The position numbers were made by a program, and so were the translations under genes. Positions 9,701-19,006 of a stretch of 64,000 nucleotides of DNA are shown here, piece after piece. The stretch comes from Pelagomonas calceolata (Eukaryota): positions 4,092,001 through 4,156,000 of the forward strand of contig CAKKNE010000001.1 of assembly GCA_918797485.1 (NCBI GenBank), in the 5' to 3' direction. The notes below the pieces were generated by a model. It was not told the DNA's origin. It saw only the letters and a list, made by a program, of their open reading frames with translations, and made no database searches. Each line of letters starts with the position of its first letter. Position 1 is the stretch's first letter.

Positions 9701-11587
9701 ACGACGCTCGCGTTCCTCGAGGGTGACGACGCGCCGCGGGCGCTGCGCCGGGCCGCGGCGTCGGCGTTATTAGATCTGGAACCGGCGCTGCGCGCGGAGA
9801 GCGGCGACGCGGCGTGCGCGCGGTCCGCGGCCTGGGATCGGCGACTGAAGCTGTGGCAGGCGCTCGGGCTCCTGCTCGTGCGCGGCGATCTCGACGAGCC
9901 GGACTCGGCGCTCGCGCGGCGCGTCGCTGATATTTCGGCGCTGGCGCTGTCGTCGCCGACGGCGCTCGAGGTGCGCTACGCGTGCGAGGCGGCGTCGGCC
10001 GCGGCGTGCCGCTGCTGGCCTGTTGTGGTTGACGCGTTGCTCGACCGCGTCGGGGCCGTGCGGGACGGCGACGTCGTGCCGCTCGCCAAGGCCTCGGAGG
10101 TCGAGCGTGCCGGCGGCCGCGAGATCGCCCTCGGGTCGCTGATGGCCGTGGCCGGCGCGGCGCTCATCGACGGCGCCGATGACTCGATTGCGGACGCGGC
10201 GCGCGCGCGGCGGCTCCTGAGCTTGGCCTGCGGCCTTGTGGGCTCGCCGCGGGGACTGGTTCGCGGCGTCGCCGTGCTCCTGAGCAAGCGCCTCTTCCGC
10301 GAGTTCCCGCCCTCGGAAACGGACGTCACGGGCCGGGCCCTCGCGCACGCGCTCGAGCGCGACCCGGACGTCGCGCGCCTCGTCAAGCGCCAGGGCCGCT
10401 TCTTCCACGACCTCCGCTCGGCGGACAAGTGTTCATTGATCCACTCCGCGGAAGCTTCATTGGTCGCGGGCCTCAAGAGCGATCTGGATTTGATGGCCGT
10501 CGAGAGAAATAGGCTTGAGGCGGCGTCGGACCTAGGAAGTTACGCCTGGAAGCGGGCCGCGGCCGAGGTGTCGAAGAAGGACCTGGCGACCGTCGCTTCG
10601 ACCCACACGAAGTCGGTCGCGTTCGTGCAGCGCAAGGTCGACCGCGTGCGCGAGGCGCGCCTGGCGGCGTTGCAGAGCGAGGACGATGCGGCAAAGGAGA
10701 TCAACGGGCGCAAGCGCAACGCCGTGGGCAAGGAGACGCTGCCTCTTATTGTTTGTGCGTCATTGGTCGACAAGGCGCCGAATCTCGCGGGACTGGCGCG
10801 GACCTGCGAGGTCTTCGCCTGCGAGCAACTCGTCGTCGCCGACGCCGCCATCACGTCCAAAAAAGAGTTCCAGCAGATCGCCGCGACGGCCGAGAAGTGG
10901 ATCCCCATCGCCGGCGTGCCACCGGCGGAGCTCCGCGGTTGGCTCGAGCAGCGGCGGGGCGACGGCTATTCGGTGGTCGCGCTGGAGCAGGCGACGGGCT
11001 CGTCGGACCTGGCGGCGCGGGATCTGAGCCTGCCGACGCCGGCCGTGCTCTTGCTGGGCGCGGAAGGTGAGGGCGTGCCGAACGCGCTCTTCGACCTGGT
11101 CGACTGTTGCGTGGAGATCCCGCAGCTCGGCGTCGTGCGTTCGTTGAACGTGCACGTTTCTGGGGCGATTGCGGTGTGGATGTTCGCGCGGCAGGTGTTG
11201 TTAAGAGCGGCGGGGCCGTCAGGCCGCGATGCGGAAGTGGCCGCGCTCAAGGCCGATTTGAATGCTCTCCAGGAGAAGTTCCAGGAGAAAGTGCGGCATC
11301 TCCGTGATGAGGAGATGCCGCAATTGATTGAGAAGAAGATCGCGACAGAGGTAAAAAAATTGGAGGCGAGATCCGCCGAGGCGGCCGCCCCGGCGCCTGC
11401 GCCCTTTTCACTCGAACTGGATATTGGTACTCCCGAGCAGAAGGCCAGGAGAAAGGCCATTTTGAAGGCCGAACGCGAGAGGTTCGTTGCCGAAAACGGG
11501 CGAGAACCCACTTCCCTCGAGGACATGTTCAAGTTCATTGAACAGGTAAAGCAGCGGCGCAAGCCGCCCCGAGGCGGGGAACCTTGA
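6734..11587 (+). CDS. TARBP1: tRNA (guanosine-18 2'-O)-methyltransferase TARBP1/Trm3-like, SpoU family
   Basis: 1617-aa ORF; long helical N-terminus then SpoU domain LIVCASLVDKAPNLAGLARTCEVF...LLLGAEGEG...EIPQLGVVRSLNVHVSGAIAVW. Confidence 0.9.
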   Translation: MSLRARTDALIAAVDIRRTTTIKGDVRALAAALGVPFNGVATTLAALEAECLAAPAPAPAPAPVASDTLSAGVAASILNKTVLPDSLTDTQHTQVRFSIARALAVNLDVPVALLADDTPRHAQLRWAVLRGTAQLQLEGDDIDEATVAAATAAATACAAAARDGDADAAFCVRELAKIGGPIANFIVSESAKAVLEGDEEGALAVIADAADASNEDSLKISLGACAELLAPGGGEVADRRRAVLRVVPALAARAPIPDKNQESLMRAWRAVADACTRHATATVGAPERGVAPADALQCWAAAFEHFSASGAAFPSAAVERALVERADDDAPLLRRRALAVLELIVDTASKQGSDEAQKEATGQLRRWLTAASAAEYESGHHLVAAAADAFFDIRTTPVLEAKWLHALARRLLRHRNPAARKAFLQRLLDHAAPAEVADWPLVRDAVLPALDDNELRKSRDVARRCDAAAVNFVARFYQAAPTETRAAVVAYALRGGGRPRARAALLGPFEDVKFAALPGPRIQDDDVAAAAAALETAGNDAATHALAIAVVPLVCCQDAAAAPATAAAFAAACTRAVAEEEALDERLATWLASRVPGAGAIDDARAAAAVAAVTLRPSDVDSVFKRHRLKGLRWLVTDARGNRRRSTGVWAAASMGIRAREWLIEALLSTAKSRELSEEEGAALVEDAIAVLGGVPALWCGRGGSQSETWRASTMASSAALADELSGGCLSDPVLGLAFIRAGVGCLSREQLEAIGVPKLLKAAGAAEKVTGAEAQAARTDRWRLTATLLDAGALAAGDLDHETVLDALEACDASVAGVAAVLRVAVAVISAAPPAAAARAADRAAAAFLDCAKLGSPELCACVAFRVVTPLVERALNDPSARDLGATAADVCARLLEKTANPVARRPALARALAHALCAGARNAACDDAQAAVFGPLAAALCLDRDDEAADAPAAVPDKGTAPDPTSPERTCFDLCAKDHVGPSLARLTTLAFLEGDDAPRALRRAAASALLDLEPALRAESGDAACARSAAWDRRLKLWQALGLLLVRGDLDEPDSALARRVADISALALSSPTALEVRYACEAASAAACRCWPVVVDALLDRVGAVRDGDVVPLAKASEVERAGGREIALGSLMAVAGAALIDGADDSIADAARARRLLSLACGLVGSPRGLVRGVAVLLSKRLFREFPPSETDVTGRALAHALERDPDVARLVKRQGRFFHDLRSADKCSLIHSAEASLVAGLKSDLDLMAVERNRLEAASDLGSYAWKRAAAEVSKKDLATVASTHTKSVAFVQRKVDRVREARLAALQSEDDAAKEINGRKRNAVGKETLPLIVCASLVDKAPNLAGLARTCEVFACEQLVVADAAITSKKEFQQIAATAEKWIPIAGVPPAELRGWLEQRRGDGYSVVALEQATGSSDLAARDLSLPTPAVLLLGAEGEGVPNALFDLVDCCVEIPQLGVVRSLNVHVSGAIAVWMFARQVLLRAAGPSGRDAEVAALKADLNALQEKFQEKVRHLRDEEMPQLIEKKIATEVKKLEARSAEAAAPAPAPFSLELDIGTPEQKARRKAILKAERERFVAENGREPTSLEDMFKFIEQVKQRRKPPRGGEP

Positions 11588-11623
11588 CTCGAGGCCTGTA
11601 ATAACTGTGTTGAAATGTAATTA

Positions 11624-11642
11624 GCTAGCTGCAAGACACTAG
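11624..11642. promoter_or_regulatory. CTAG motif variant GCTAGCTGCAAGACACTAG
   Basis: About 235 bp upstream of GNL3. Confidence 0.55.
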
Positions 11643-11876
11643 GAAACAGGCTGCTGATCATCGAGCGATATTGACTCTATTGAGAGTACTGACATCCAAG
11701 TAGGCGTCGAGTGTCATACCCGCAGCAGTGCAAATCCAGCGCTGCGAACGCTGGTGTAACGACCGCACGCCGCCCAGCAGCGATATATAGAGGCAAGCAC
11801 TGCTGCAGCCTGCAGCGAGACAGAGGCATATAAAACACCGCTGCAGCTTTGCGCAGCGCACGACGAACCAGCGACC

Positions 11877-13418
11877 ATGGTCAAGAAAAAGGCCAAGTCC
11901 CACCGCCAGACCTTAAAACAAAAGTACAAGGTCCAGAAGCGCGTGAAAGAGCACGACCGCAAGCTCAAGAAGGCGCAAAAGCGCGGCGGCCTGCCGCCCG
12001 GCAAGAAGAAGCGCGACCCGGGAATTCCCAACTCCTGGCCCATCAAGCAGGAGCTGCTCGAACAGGTCGAGCGTGCGAAAGCAAAGAAGGAACAGGACCG
12101 GGAAGACGCGAAGCAAGCCAAAAAGGAACGGAGGAAGCTCGCCAAGCAGGGCTTATCGATGGAGCAGCTCGCGGCGTCGGCGAAGGAGCGAGGGGCGGCT
12201 TTTGATGATACGTCTGATGCGCCTGTGCGCCAGCAGGAGGACGCGCTGGACGAAGCGGCCAAGCGGAGCGCTCGAGCTTATGCGAGAGAGCTGGCGAAAG
12301 TCGTGGAAGCCTCTGATGTGGTATTGGAAGTCCTCGACGCGCGGGACCCGGCCGGCAGTCGATCTTCTAGAGTCGAGTCCGCGGTACGGCGCGCCCCGGG
12401 CAAACGTTTAGTATTAGTGCTGAACAAGGTCGACTTGGTACCTAGAGAAATTGCGACGCGGTGGCTCGACGTTTTACGCAGTACTGGTCTCGCAGTGGTC
12501 GCCTTCAAGGCCTCGACGAAGGGCGGCGTCGCGCAATCAGCGTTAGATTCGGCGAAGGACGCCGCCGTCGTCGATGAAGGCGCCATGGGCCGGTCGACCG
12601 CGTTGGGTGTGGACGGCCTATTGCAACTCCTCAAGAACTACTCGCGGGACGGTGGTGGGTCGGCGCGACCCGGTGCCTTAGTTGTCGGTGTTGTGGGCTT
12701 CCCCAACGCCGGCAAGTCGTCGGTAATTCGCTCGTTGACGAATAGTCGAAGGGGCGCCGACCACGGGAGCAAGGACTCGGCTGCCACTGTCAGTGCCACT
12801 CCTGGATTCACTAAGGCTTTGAGAGAAGTCAGGTTGGATGCCAAACTCACGCTCATCGACTCGCCGGGCGTCGTTGGTGTGACTTCTTCGGGAGACACGC
12901 GATCAGCACAACTCGCTTCTTTATTAGTGAGGGGCTGCGTCGACCCTGCGGAGCTGGGCGACGACGCCGTAGATGCGGCGGCGTCCCTGATCAAACGGGC
13001 GGACCCGGCGGCCCTGGCGATGAAGTACGAGCTGCCTCTGTCGGAGGACCCGAACAAGTTCCTCGCCGCCGTGGCCCGCAAGCGCGGCCGCCTTAAACGA
13101 GGCGGCGTCGCCGACGTGACCAAAGCTTCGATTGATGTGCTGCGGGACTTCGCGAAGGGCGAGGTCAAGTTCTTCGTCCGGCCTCCCGCGAAAGAAGCGT
13201 CTGTCAACAACGCGGAGATCGTGTCGCAACTCTCGGAGGCGTTCGACCCGACGAAGATGGACGCGGCCGTCTTACAGGGCAACGACGACATGGACATGGA
13301 CGCCGTGGCGCTCGACGAGGGACCGGTGGAGATGGACGCGGACGAGGCGCCTCAACTAGTCGACCCGTCCGTCGGCGCGGCGCGGGACTACGACTTCGCG
13401 ACTGACTTTCAGTACTAA
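11877..13418 (+). CDS. GNL3: Nucleolar circularly permuted GTPase (nucleostemin/GNL3/Nug1)
   Basis: Basic N-terminus with DPGIPNSWP; EVLDARDP, LNKVDL, GFPNAGKSS, LIDSPG; RGRLKRGG. Confidence 0.93.
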   Translation: MVKKKAKSHRQTLKQKYKVQKRVKEHDRKLKKAQKRGGLPPGKKKRDPGIPNSWPIKQELLEQVERAKAKKEQDREDAKQAKKERRKLAKQGLSMEQLAASAKERGAAFDDTSDAPVRQQEDALDEAAKRSARAYARELAKVVEASDVVLEVLDARDPAGSRSSRVESAVRRAPGKRLVLVLNKVDLVPREIATRWLDVLRSTGLAVVAFKASTKGGVAQSALDSAKDAAVVDEGAMGRSTALGVDGLLQLLKNYSRDGGGSARPGALVVGVVGFPNAGKSSVIRSLTNSRRGADHGSKDSAATVSATPGFTKALREVRLDAKLTLIDSPGVVGVTSSGDTRSAQLASLLVRGCVDPAELGDDAVDAAASLIKRADPAALAMKYELPLSEDPNKFLAAVARKRGRLKRGGVADVTKASIDVLRDFAKGEVKFFVRPPAKEASVNNAEIVSQLSEAFDPTKMDAAVLQGNDDMDMDAVALDEGPVEMDADEAPQLVDPSVGAARDYDFATDFQY

Positions 13419-13871
13419 GTGGTGTCTTCTATATCGTAGTTTCGCGTCGGTGGCGTGCTGGTGGGGGAGATGCATTGTCTAGATGCATTGGTGGTGCGAC
13501 GGCAGCCCACGTTCTCCTCCCGCGTCGATTGGAAGATGGCGTGATCTCACGGCTCACTCATACGCCCCGCATCGATGGCGGCTGCTCGACGGCGGCTCCG
13601 TGCGGAGGCCGTTCTGAGAGGAAGAGGAGCCAATGATATGATGAGTTCAGTCCCCTGGCACTCGATGCGACCACGGCCGTCGTAAATTGGCGTCGTTTGA
13701 GTTCTGGGCTGCTTTTGAAGTGACGCGCACGGCACGAGAAACATCACACGGACGTCCCACAGCCGCTGCGCATCGATTCCCCCATCCTGCGCGGCCAGCA
13801 GAGACGCACAAGCAGCGGGATTACAAACTCGATAAACCGCAATCGCCGCAGCGGGGCGCACAAATAGAACG

Positions 13872-15087
13872 ATGATGTCGCCAGCGGCCATGATCAGCGT
13901 CGCCGGCTTCGAAGAACTACAAACCAGCGCGCGCGAGCAGCTCGGCGCGGCGGCCGCGGCGCCGCCGTGGGCCGACGACGTCAATCTATCAAACGGGCTG
14001 CGCCTGTCCTTCGGCACGGCCGACGGCGAGCCGACGACCTTCCAGTTCGTGCCGACGCTCTACGATACGGTCTACCCCACTCCATCATCAACCGACATGG
14101 ACCTCTCCCCGACGCAAGCTTTGAGACACATCGACAACGTCGACAGCGACCCCTTGCCCAATACAGATGCGGACAAGGTCCGGGACGTCGGAGCTATTAG
14201 AAGATTACTGTTACATCGGGACACGCAGCAGTGGTTGGATCGGGGGCCGACGAACGGCGTGGTACCCTACACGAGTAACTGCGGCGCCGCGCTGGGGCGG
14301 GACAACACGCAGAAGGAACTAGGAAGGATCGGTGGCCGCCTGGCGGGTCATGTGGGAGACAATAAATATGTGGCAGAGATCACGCGCGACGGACGGTCCA
14401 AGTGCACGTACAAGGACTGTCGACAACCTCTGATCAAGGGCGAGTACCGACTGGGCAAGAGACCGCCGTCCGTACGGTACGGCCACTCGCCCAAGACGCG
14501 CTGGTACCACATCGACTGCTGCTTCAAGTCGTTCGGGTCGGTGACGAAGAAGTCGAAGACTATTACCTCATTGGACGACATCGAACGTGTGAGGCACGTG
14601 TTCCCGCCGTCCGAAGTATTGAGGATTGAGAAGTTGATCGCCGAGCACAAGGCGCGGTTGAATGCAATTGATCAAGCGCCGCCGCCGAAAAAAAGAAGGG
14701 CGCCATCGCCGTCGCCGCTGCCCTCCGCATGTTTGCCGCGTCCGAAGCGTCCGCGCTATCGACGCGGTTACTCTCGTCCGGACGTCGCGTCGCCGACGAG
14801 TCACAAAAACGCAGGTCCCACTCGTCGCGGGGCCCACGGCCGGTTTACCTAGACCGAGAACAGCGCCGGTGCGCGTGGTGCAAGCGACGCCGCCGGTCCG
14901 CGTCGCCAACACGGCGCCGCCGCCGCTCAGAGGCGTCACGCCGCGCGCGAAGGACCCGACGTTTGACCTCGAGCCCATCTCCACCCCATCAGCCTACATG
15001 ATGCCGATCCACGAGGCGGGCTTGGACCTCTTCGCGTGCCCGACGCCGCCGGCCTCTCGTGGGACTACGCCGACGTGCCCCCTGTGA
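13872..15087 (+). CDS. PARP-type zinc finger protein (likely exons 13872-14726 and 14815-15087)
   Basis: YVAEITRDGRSKCTYKDC...YRLG...WYHIDC fits the zf-PARP C-C-H-C pattern. A candidate GC-AG intron 14727-14814 (GCATGT...AAAACGCAG) joins ORF 13872 in frame to ORF 14662..15087; unspliced stop at 14852. Confidence 0.65.
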
Positions 15088-15127
15088 CCGGCGCGACCCC
15101 TGTGCCTCCCTTATTCCTAAGAACCGA

Positions 15128-15212
15128 CCCTGTGACCCGTCGCGTCGACGGCGTGTAAATCCGCCCCGCCCTGCGCCCGACCCTGATCCGTCGCGTCGAC
15201 GGCGCGTAGACC
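15128..15212. repeat. Short direct repeat containing CGTCGCGTCGACGGCG, two copies
   Basis: Cores at 15141-15154 and 15192-15204 in the convergent spacer. Confidence 0.7.
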
Positions 15213-15230
15213 GTGAGAAACACATGAAAA

Positions 15231-16808
15231 CTACTTATTCGGCGCGTGCCGCCACAGGAAGGCCTGGAAGACGCGCGCGTCGAAGTCGGCCGTCGCCTCG
15301 TCGAAGGCATTGCCGACGCAGCCCGGGGGCAGCTTCTTGGAGACGTAATATCGCAGGAACACGCGCAAAGCTTCCACATCCGCACAGACCGTCCGCGTGC
15401 CCATGCCCGACGCGTCGCCGCCTCCCAACGAGTCGACGAAGTGGTACTCTTTTCCGACTCGGAGGACGGCGATGACGTGCTCCTTGAAGAAGAAGGCGCA
15501 GCCCGCCTTGTCTGATTGTGGCACCTCCTCGAACGCATTTAGTAGTTTGGCGACGTGCTCGTCATCTAAGCAATTCCCGCCAAACACTCCAGCGAACATC
15601 GAATGGTCGATGGCCTTGGCGTCGTACAAATAATCATGAACATCAGCGGGGATGATGAAGGCGCCGTTCCCGAGACCGTGCTTCTTCCGGATATGTGCTA
15701 GTATCGGAGGCACGATGTCGTCGATGACTCTGGCGACGTCGCTATTTGTTAACTCCTTCTTTTCCCCAATATGCATCTGGCAGACGAGGGGCGCGATGAC
15801 GGCGCAGCCATTCGTACTATCAAGGTTTCTCGCGTCCCTGACCCTCCCTTGGAACGTCGGTAATCGCTCGACGCGACCTCGTCCTTGCGCCGTCGTCTGG
15901 CCCCAGGCGCGCTCCGCCGATGATCTCACTTCCTCGATCGTGATCTTGGACGCGACGGAATCCTCATACCCCAGCAGGGCGGGCGGCAGCGGCGTCGCGC
16001 CGAGCGCGACGGCGTCACTATCATAAGCCGGCGGCGGCGGCGGCGGCGGCGGGACCGGAGGCAGCGGCGGCGCGGAGGGGACCGGTGGAGGCGGCGGCGC
16101 CGACGGAGCCGTAGGCTTGCCCGCGATGAGCTCCAGATTACTACGCTCGGCCTGGACGACGCGGCCGCCGTCCAGCGCCACATCATAATAAGGCCCCTCG
16201 GGACAGTCGCGGTGGCACTCCACGACAGAGCCGGAACTGCCGTCCTTGTAGCGCACGCGTGCGCCCCGCACCAACGGCGGCAGCGCCGCGTCGGCGGCCT
16301 GCTTTTGTTTTCGTTTCTCCCGTTCCGCCCGGTCCCGCTGGAGCCGCGCCATGCCTTGTTTGAGCGCCGCCTCCTCGGCCTCGCGCTTTTTGAGGGCGGC
16401 GACGGCGGCGCGGTGCGCGCCCAGCAGGACCTCGTCGGCGTCCATGGCGTCCACGATCTTCTCGAGCCACGCCAAGGCGCCGAGGCATCCGCTCTTGAGC
16501 GCCGCTCGCTGCGGCCCTAATTTACTGTTGTAGTAGCCGTGCTTCGGGATACACTCCATTCCAAGAGTCGCGTAGCGGCGCTGGTAGCAGTAGGCCTGAT
16601 CTAACGGCACCTGGCGCCGGTGCGCCTCCAGGTACGTGCGCGCGGGCATCCGTAACGCCTTCTCCGTCGCTGCGTTGGCCTTGGCCTGGCATTGCCCCGC
16701 GAGGTTATAATATTTCTCGAGGGCCACGGACTGCTGCGGGAGCTCGTTGATGGTCGAGTGGGCCTTGAGTTTCGTGCGCCGCTCCTCGCAGGCGTCGCCG
16801 CGGCCCAT
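15231..16808 (-). CDS. USP8/AMSH-like N-terminal helical domain + SH3/Tudor-like module + poly-Pro linker + candidate Cys-His-Asp peptidase domain
   Basis: YYNLA...AYCYQRRYATLGMECIPKHGYY resembles the USP8 dimerisation domain; GARVRYKDG...GPYYDVALDGG; C-terminal STNGCAVI, FKEHVIAV, YHFVDSL. Confidence 0.6.
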   Translation of the reverse strand: MGRGDACEERRTKLKAHSTINELPQQSVALEKYYNLAGQCQAKANAATEKALRMPARTYLEAHRRQVPLDQAYCYQRRYATLGMECIPKHGYYNSKLGPQRAALKSGCLGALAWLEKIVDAMDADEVLLGAHRAAVAALKKREAEEAALKQGMARLQRDRAEREKRKQKQAADAALPPLVRGARVRYKDGSSGSVVECHRDCPEGPYYDVALDGGRVVQAERSNLELIAGKPTAPSAPPPPPVPSAPPLPPVPPPPPPPPAYDSDAVALGATPLPPALLGYEDSVASKITIEEVRSSAERAWGQTTAQGRGRVERLPTFQGRVRDARNLDSTNGCAVIAPLVCQMHIGEKKELTNSDVARVIDDIVPPILAHIRKKHGLGNGAFIIPADVHDYLYDAKAIDHSMFAGVFGGNCLDDEHVAKLLNAFEEVPQSDKAGCAFFFKEHVIAVLRVGKEYHFVDSLGGGDASGMGTRTVCADVEALRVFLRYYVSKKLPPGCVGNAFDEATADFDARVFQAFLWRHAPNK

Positions 16809-17006
16809 CTTATCGGTAGCGCCTCGCGGTCTGCTCACGGGCGCTCAGGCTAATTCCACAGCCTTGATGCTCCACAGCCTGGTACTATCTAGCGCAGGGC
16901 TCTACGCGTGCAGTCCCGGTTCAGATGTATTGGTAGCGAGTTCTAACGCGTATCCGCGCGTTGGGTCGCCTCGCCTGTTGTTTTTTGTGCCCGGCCAGGA
17001 AGCGTG

Positions 17007-17029
17007 GCTAGCGGCATGTAAGACACTAG
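17007..17029. promoter_or_regulatory. CTAG motif GCTAGCGGCATGTAAGACACTAG
   Basis: Exact copy; about 200 bp upstream of the minus-strand ATG at 16808. Confidence 0.65.
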
Positions 17030-17143
17030 CAAGCGGATAGGTATCTTACGCGCCCGGTACACCGTAACAATATATCGCCCGGTACGCCGTCGACGCGGAA
17101 GCTCGGCAACGCATCCCCAGGAATCAAGTAACCATGAAAATCA

Positions 17144-18759
17144 CTATCCCAGCCGCGGCTTCTTCGCCACGAAGTCGTCCGCCGCCTCGAGCGAGCCGTC
17201 GCTCCACGCGTCGTCCTCGTCGGGAGGCGGCGGCGGCGGTGCGGGCGGCGGCGCCGGCGCCTCCTCGACCCCAAGCACCTCTTGGGCATCGCTCCGCGAC
17301 CTATCTATCCTACTTTCGAAGCCGCCGCGGCTCTCGAAGGAGATGTCCAACCCCTGGCGCTGCAGGAAGTCCTGCGACGGCTGCCGCGCGCTTTCCAATT
17401 GGTCCTCGCCGTGCGCGAAGTTGCAGCGCGCGCCGTAGGGGCAGTCGCCGCCGCGCTCCATGAAGAAGCGGCACAGCTTCGTCTTGCGCAGGTGCGGCTG
17501 CCATTTGAGGGAGCCGTCTTCCCGCCGCGCGTTCGGGTCCGCCGGCGCCATGCGCGACCCGAGCTCGAGCTCCGCCGTCGAGTGGGCATACGTGCACGCC
17601 TGGCCGAAGCGGCACGCTCGTCCTTCTTGGATCGCCATGCACATTTTTGTTCTCCTTTGCCCGTTGGCGTTCGGCGGGCGTTTTATTACACCGGCGATGC
17701 CCGCGTCGAAGGCCTCGTCGTCGTCCTCGAACTTGTCCACCAGCGGCTCCTTCTCGACGACGGGCGGTGGTGGTGCTGCTTGTTGAGGGGGCTTCGGCGC
17801 GTTGCAGCGGTGGCAGACATCGCGCCGCGAGAAGTTGACGTTGCCGCACTGCGGGCAGCGCCAGTCGCCCGGCTGCATACCATTTTGAGTGGGGGCGAAG
17901 CCGCCGGCCGGCGCCGCCGGGATGGGCTGGAGCATCTGCGGCGGGCCGCCCGGCTGCCACTGCGGCGGCGGGAACTGCTGGGGCGGGAAGCCCCGCGGCG
18001 GCATGCCGCCTGCGTGGAACGACGTTGACGCCATCGACGCGACCACGTCACAATTTCTACACTGAGTCACTGACCAGGCATGCCGCGGGGCGGGAATTGT
18101 TGGGGAGGGAAGCCCTGGGGCGGTCCGTTCGAAAAGCCCTGGGGCGGCATGCCCTGGGGTGAGAAGCCCCGCGGCGGGCCTTGCCCGGCGTAGGGCCCCC
18201 CGAACTGCTGCGGCGGTTGCGGCGGCGGCTGCGACGAAAAGCGCGACACTTTTTGGTGCGGCTGGGGCTCCGGCGAGGGCGACCGCGCTCTAGGGGATGC
18301 CTTCTGCTCGGCGCGCTCCAGCGCTGCCCGGCTGTCGTCGCGCGTCCGCTTGATCACTGCGAGAGAATTGAAATCCACGTCAAAGAGCTTCTGCTTCGTC
18401 CACTCGCAGACCACTTTGACGAGCCGTTGCCTGTCTTCCAAAGATGACGCATCGAGGCACTGTAACGTACCACCGATCTCCTTCCCAAAGCGCGCGACGA
18501 ACGGATCCTTGTCCTTGAGCTGCGCCTTGCTCCTCCGACAGACCGCGTCGATCGCGTAGACGCCCGCCAGGCGGCAGTGGGCCGGCGCCTTCTTGATGAA
18601 CTGCTCGACGGCGTAGACAGCTCGCTTGTATTCTCCTCTGGCGTGGAAGCAGGCTTTTGCTACTGCTTGAACCTTGCTCGCGGAGACGGCCTTGCCCGGT
18701 ACTGTTTTCAGCAGCATGTTTAGTTCATCATGTAATGTTTTTAGTTCCGCGGTGGCCAT
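17144..18759 (-). CDS. CID (Pol II CTD-interacting) domain RNA-binding protein with RanBP2-type and two CCCH zinc fingers (exons 18759-18075, 18009-17144)
   Basis: CID-like SASKVQAVAK...RLAGVYAIDAVCRRS...VVCEWTKQKLF; GDWRCPQCGNVNFSRRDVCHRC; TKMC..C.FG..C.YAH and KTKLCRFF..CPYG..CNFAHG. A 65-bp GT-AG intron restores the frame (1551 nt total). Confidence 0.85.
18010..18074 (-). mobile_element. Small introner-derived intron
   Basis: GT...TTCCACGCAG; TIR-like ends CTGCGTGGAA / TTTCTACACTG on the plus strand and the ACGCCATCGACGCG core; no clear TSD. Confidence 0.55.
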
Positions 18760-18907
18760 CTCGCTGCCCTGTGGTTTTTTGCAGGCCCGCGGGCGTGGCG
18801 TGCAAAAGCGGTTGTGGCGTTGTTACTTATGTATTTATAGGGTTATTCAGTGCTGCTCCTGCGCTCCCGCGCACCCCGGATGCTGCATACGCGCGCCGCG
18901 CGATGGT

Positions 18908-18930
18908 GCTAGCGGCATGTAAGACACTAG
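18908..18930. promoter_or_regulatory. CTAG motif GCTAGCGGCATGTAAGACACTAG
   Basis: Exact copy in the divergent spacer between ATGs 18759 and 19007. Confidence 0.65.
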
Positions 18931-19006
18931 AAAAGTCGAAGATCGATGTTGTTGCGGTGCACTCCGCAGATATAAGGATAGGGGCAGCCCGCTGTGGAGG
19001 AGTAGG

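Noticed and set aside
8203..9702. 499-aa antisense ORF and many similar overlapping ORFs across the window
   Set aside because: Antisense or alternative-frame shadows of GC-rich genes, with Ser/Ala/Arg bias and no motifs.
6536..18930. Identical 23-bp repeats as a possible CRISPR array
   Set aside because: Copies are kilobases apart with no spacers and no cas genes, in a eukaryotic context.
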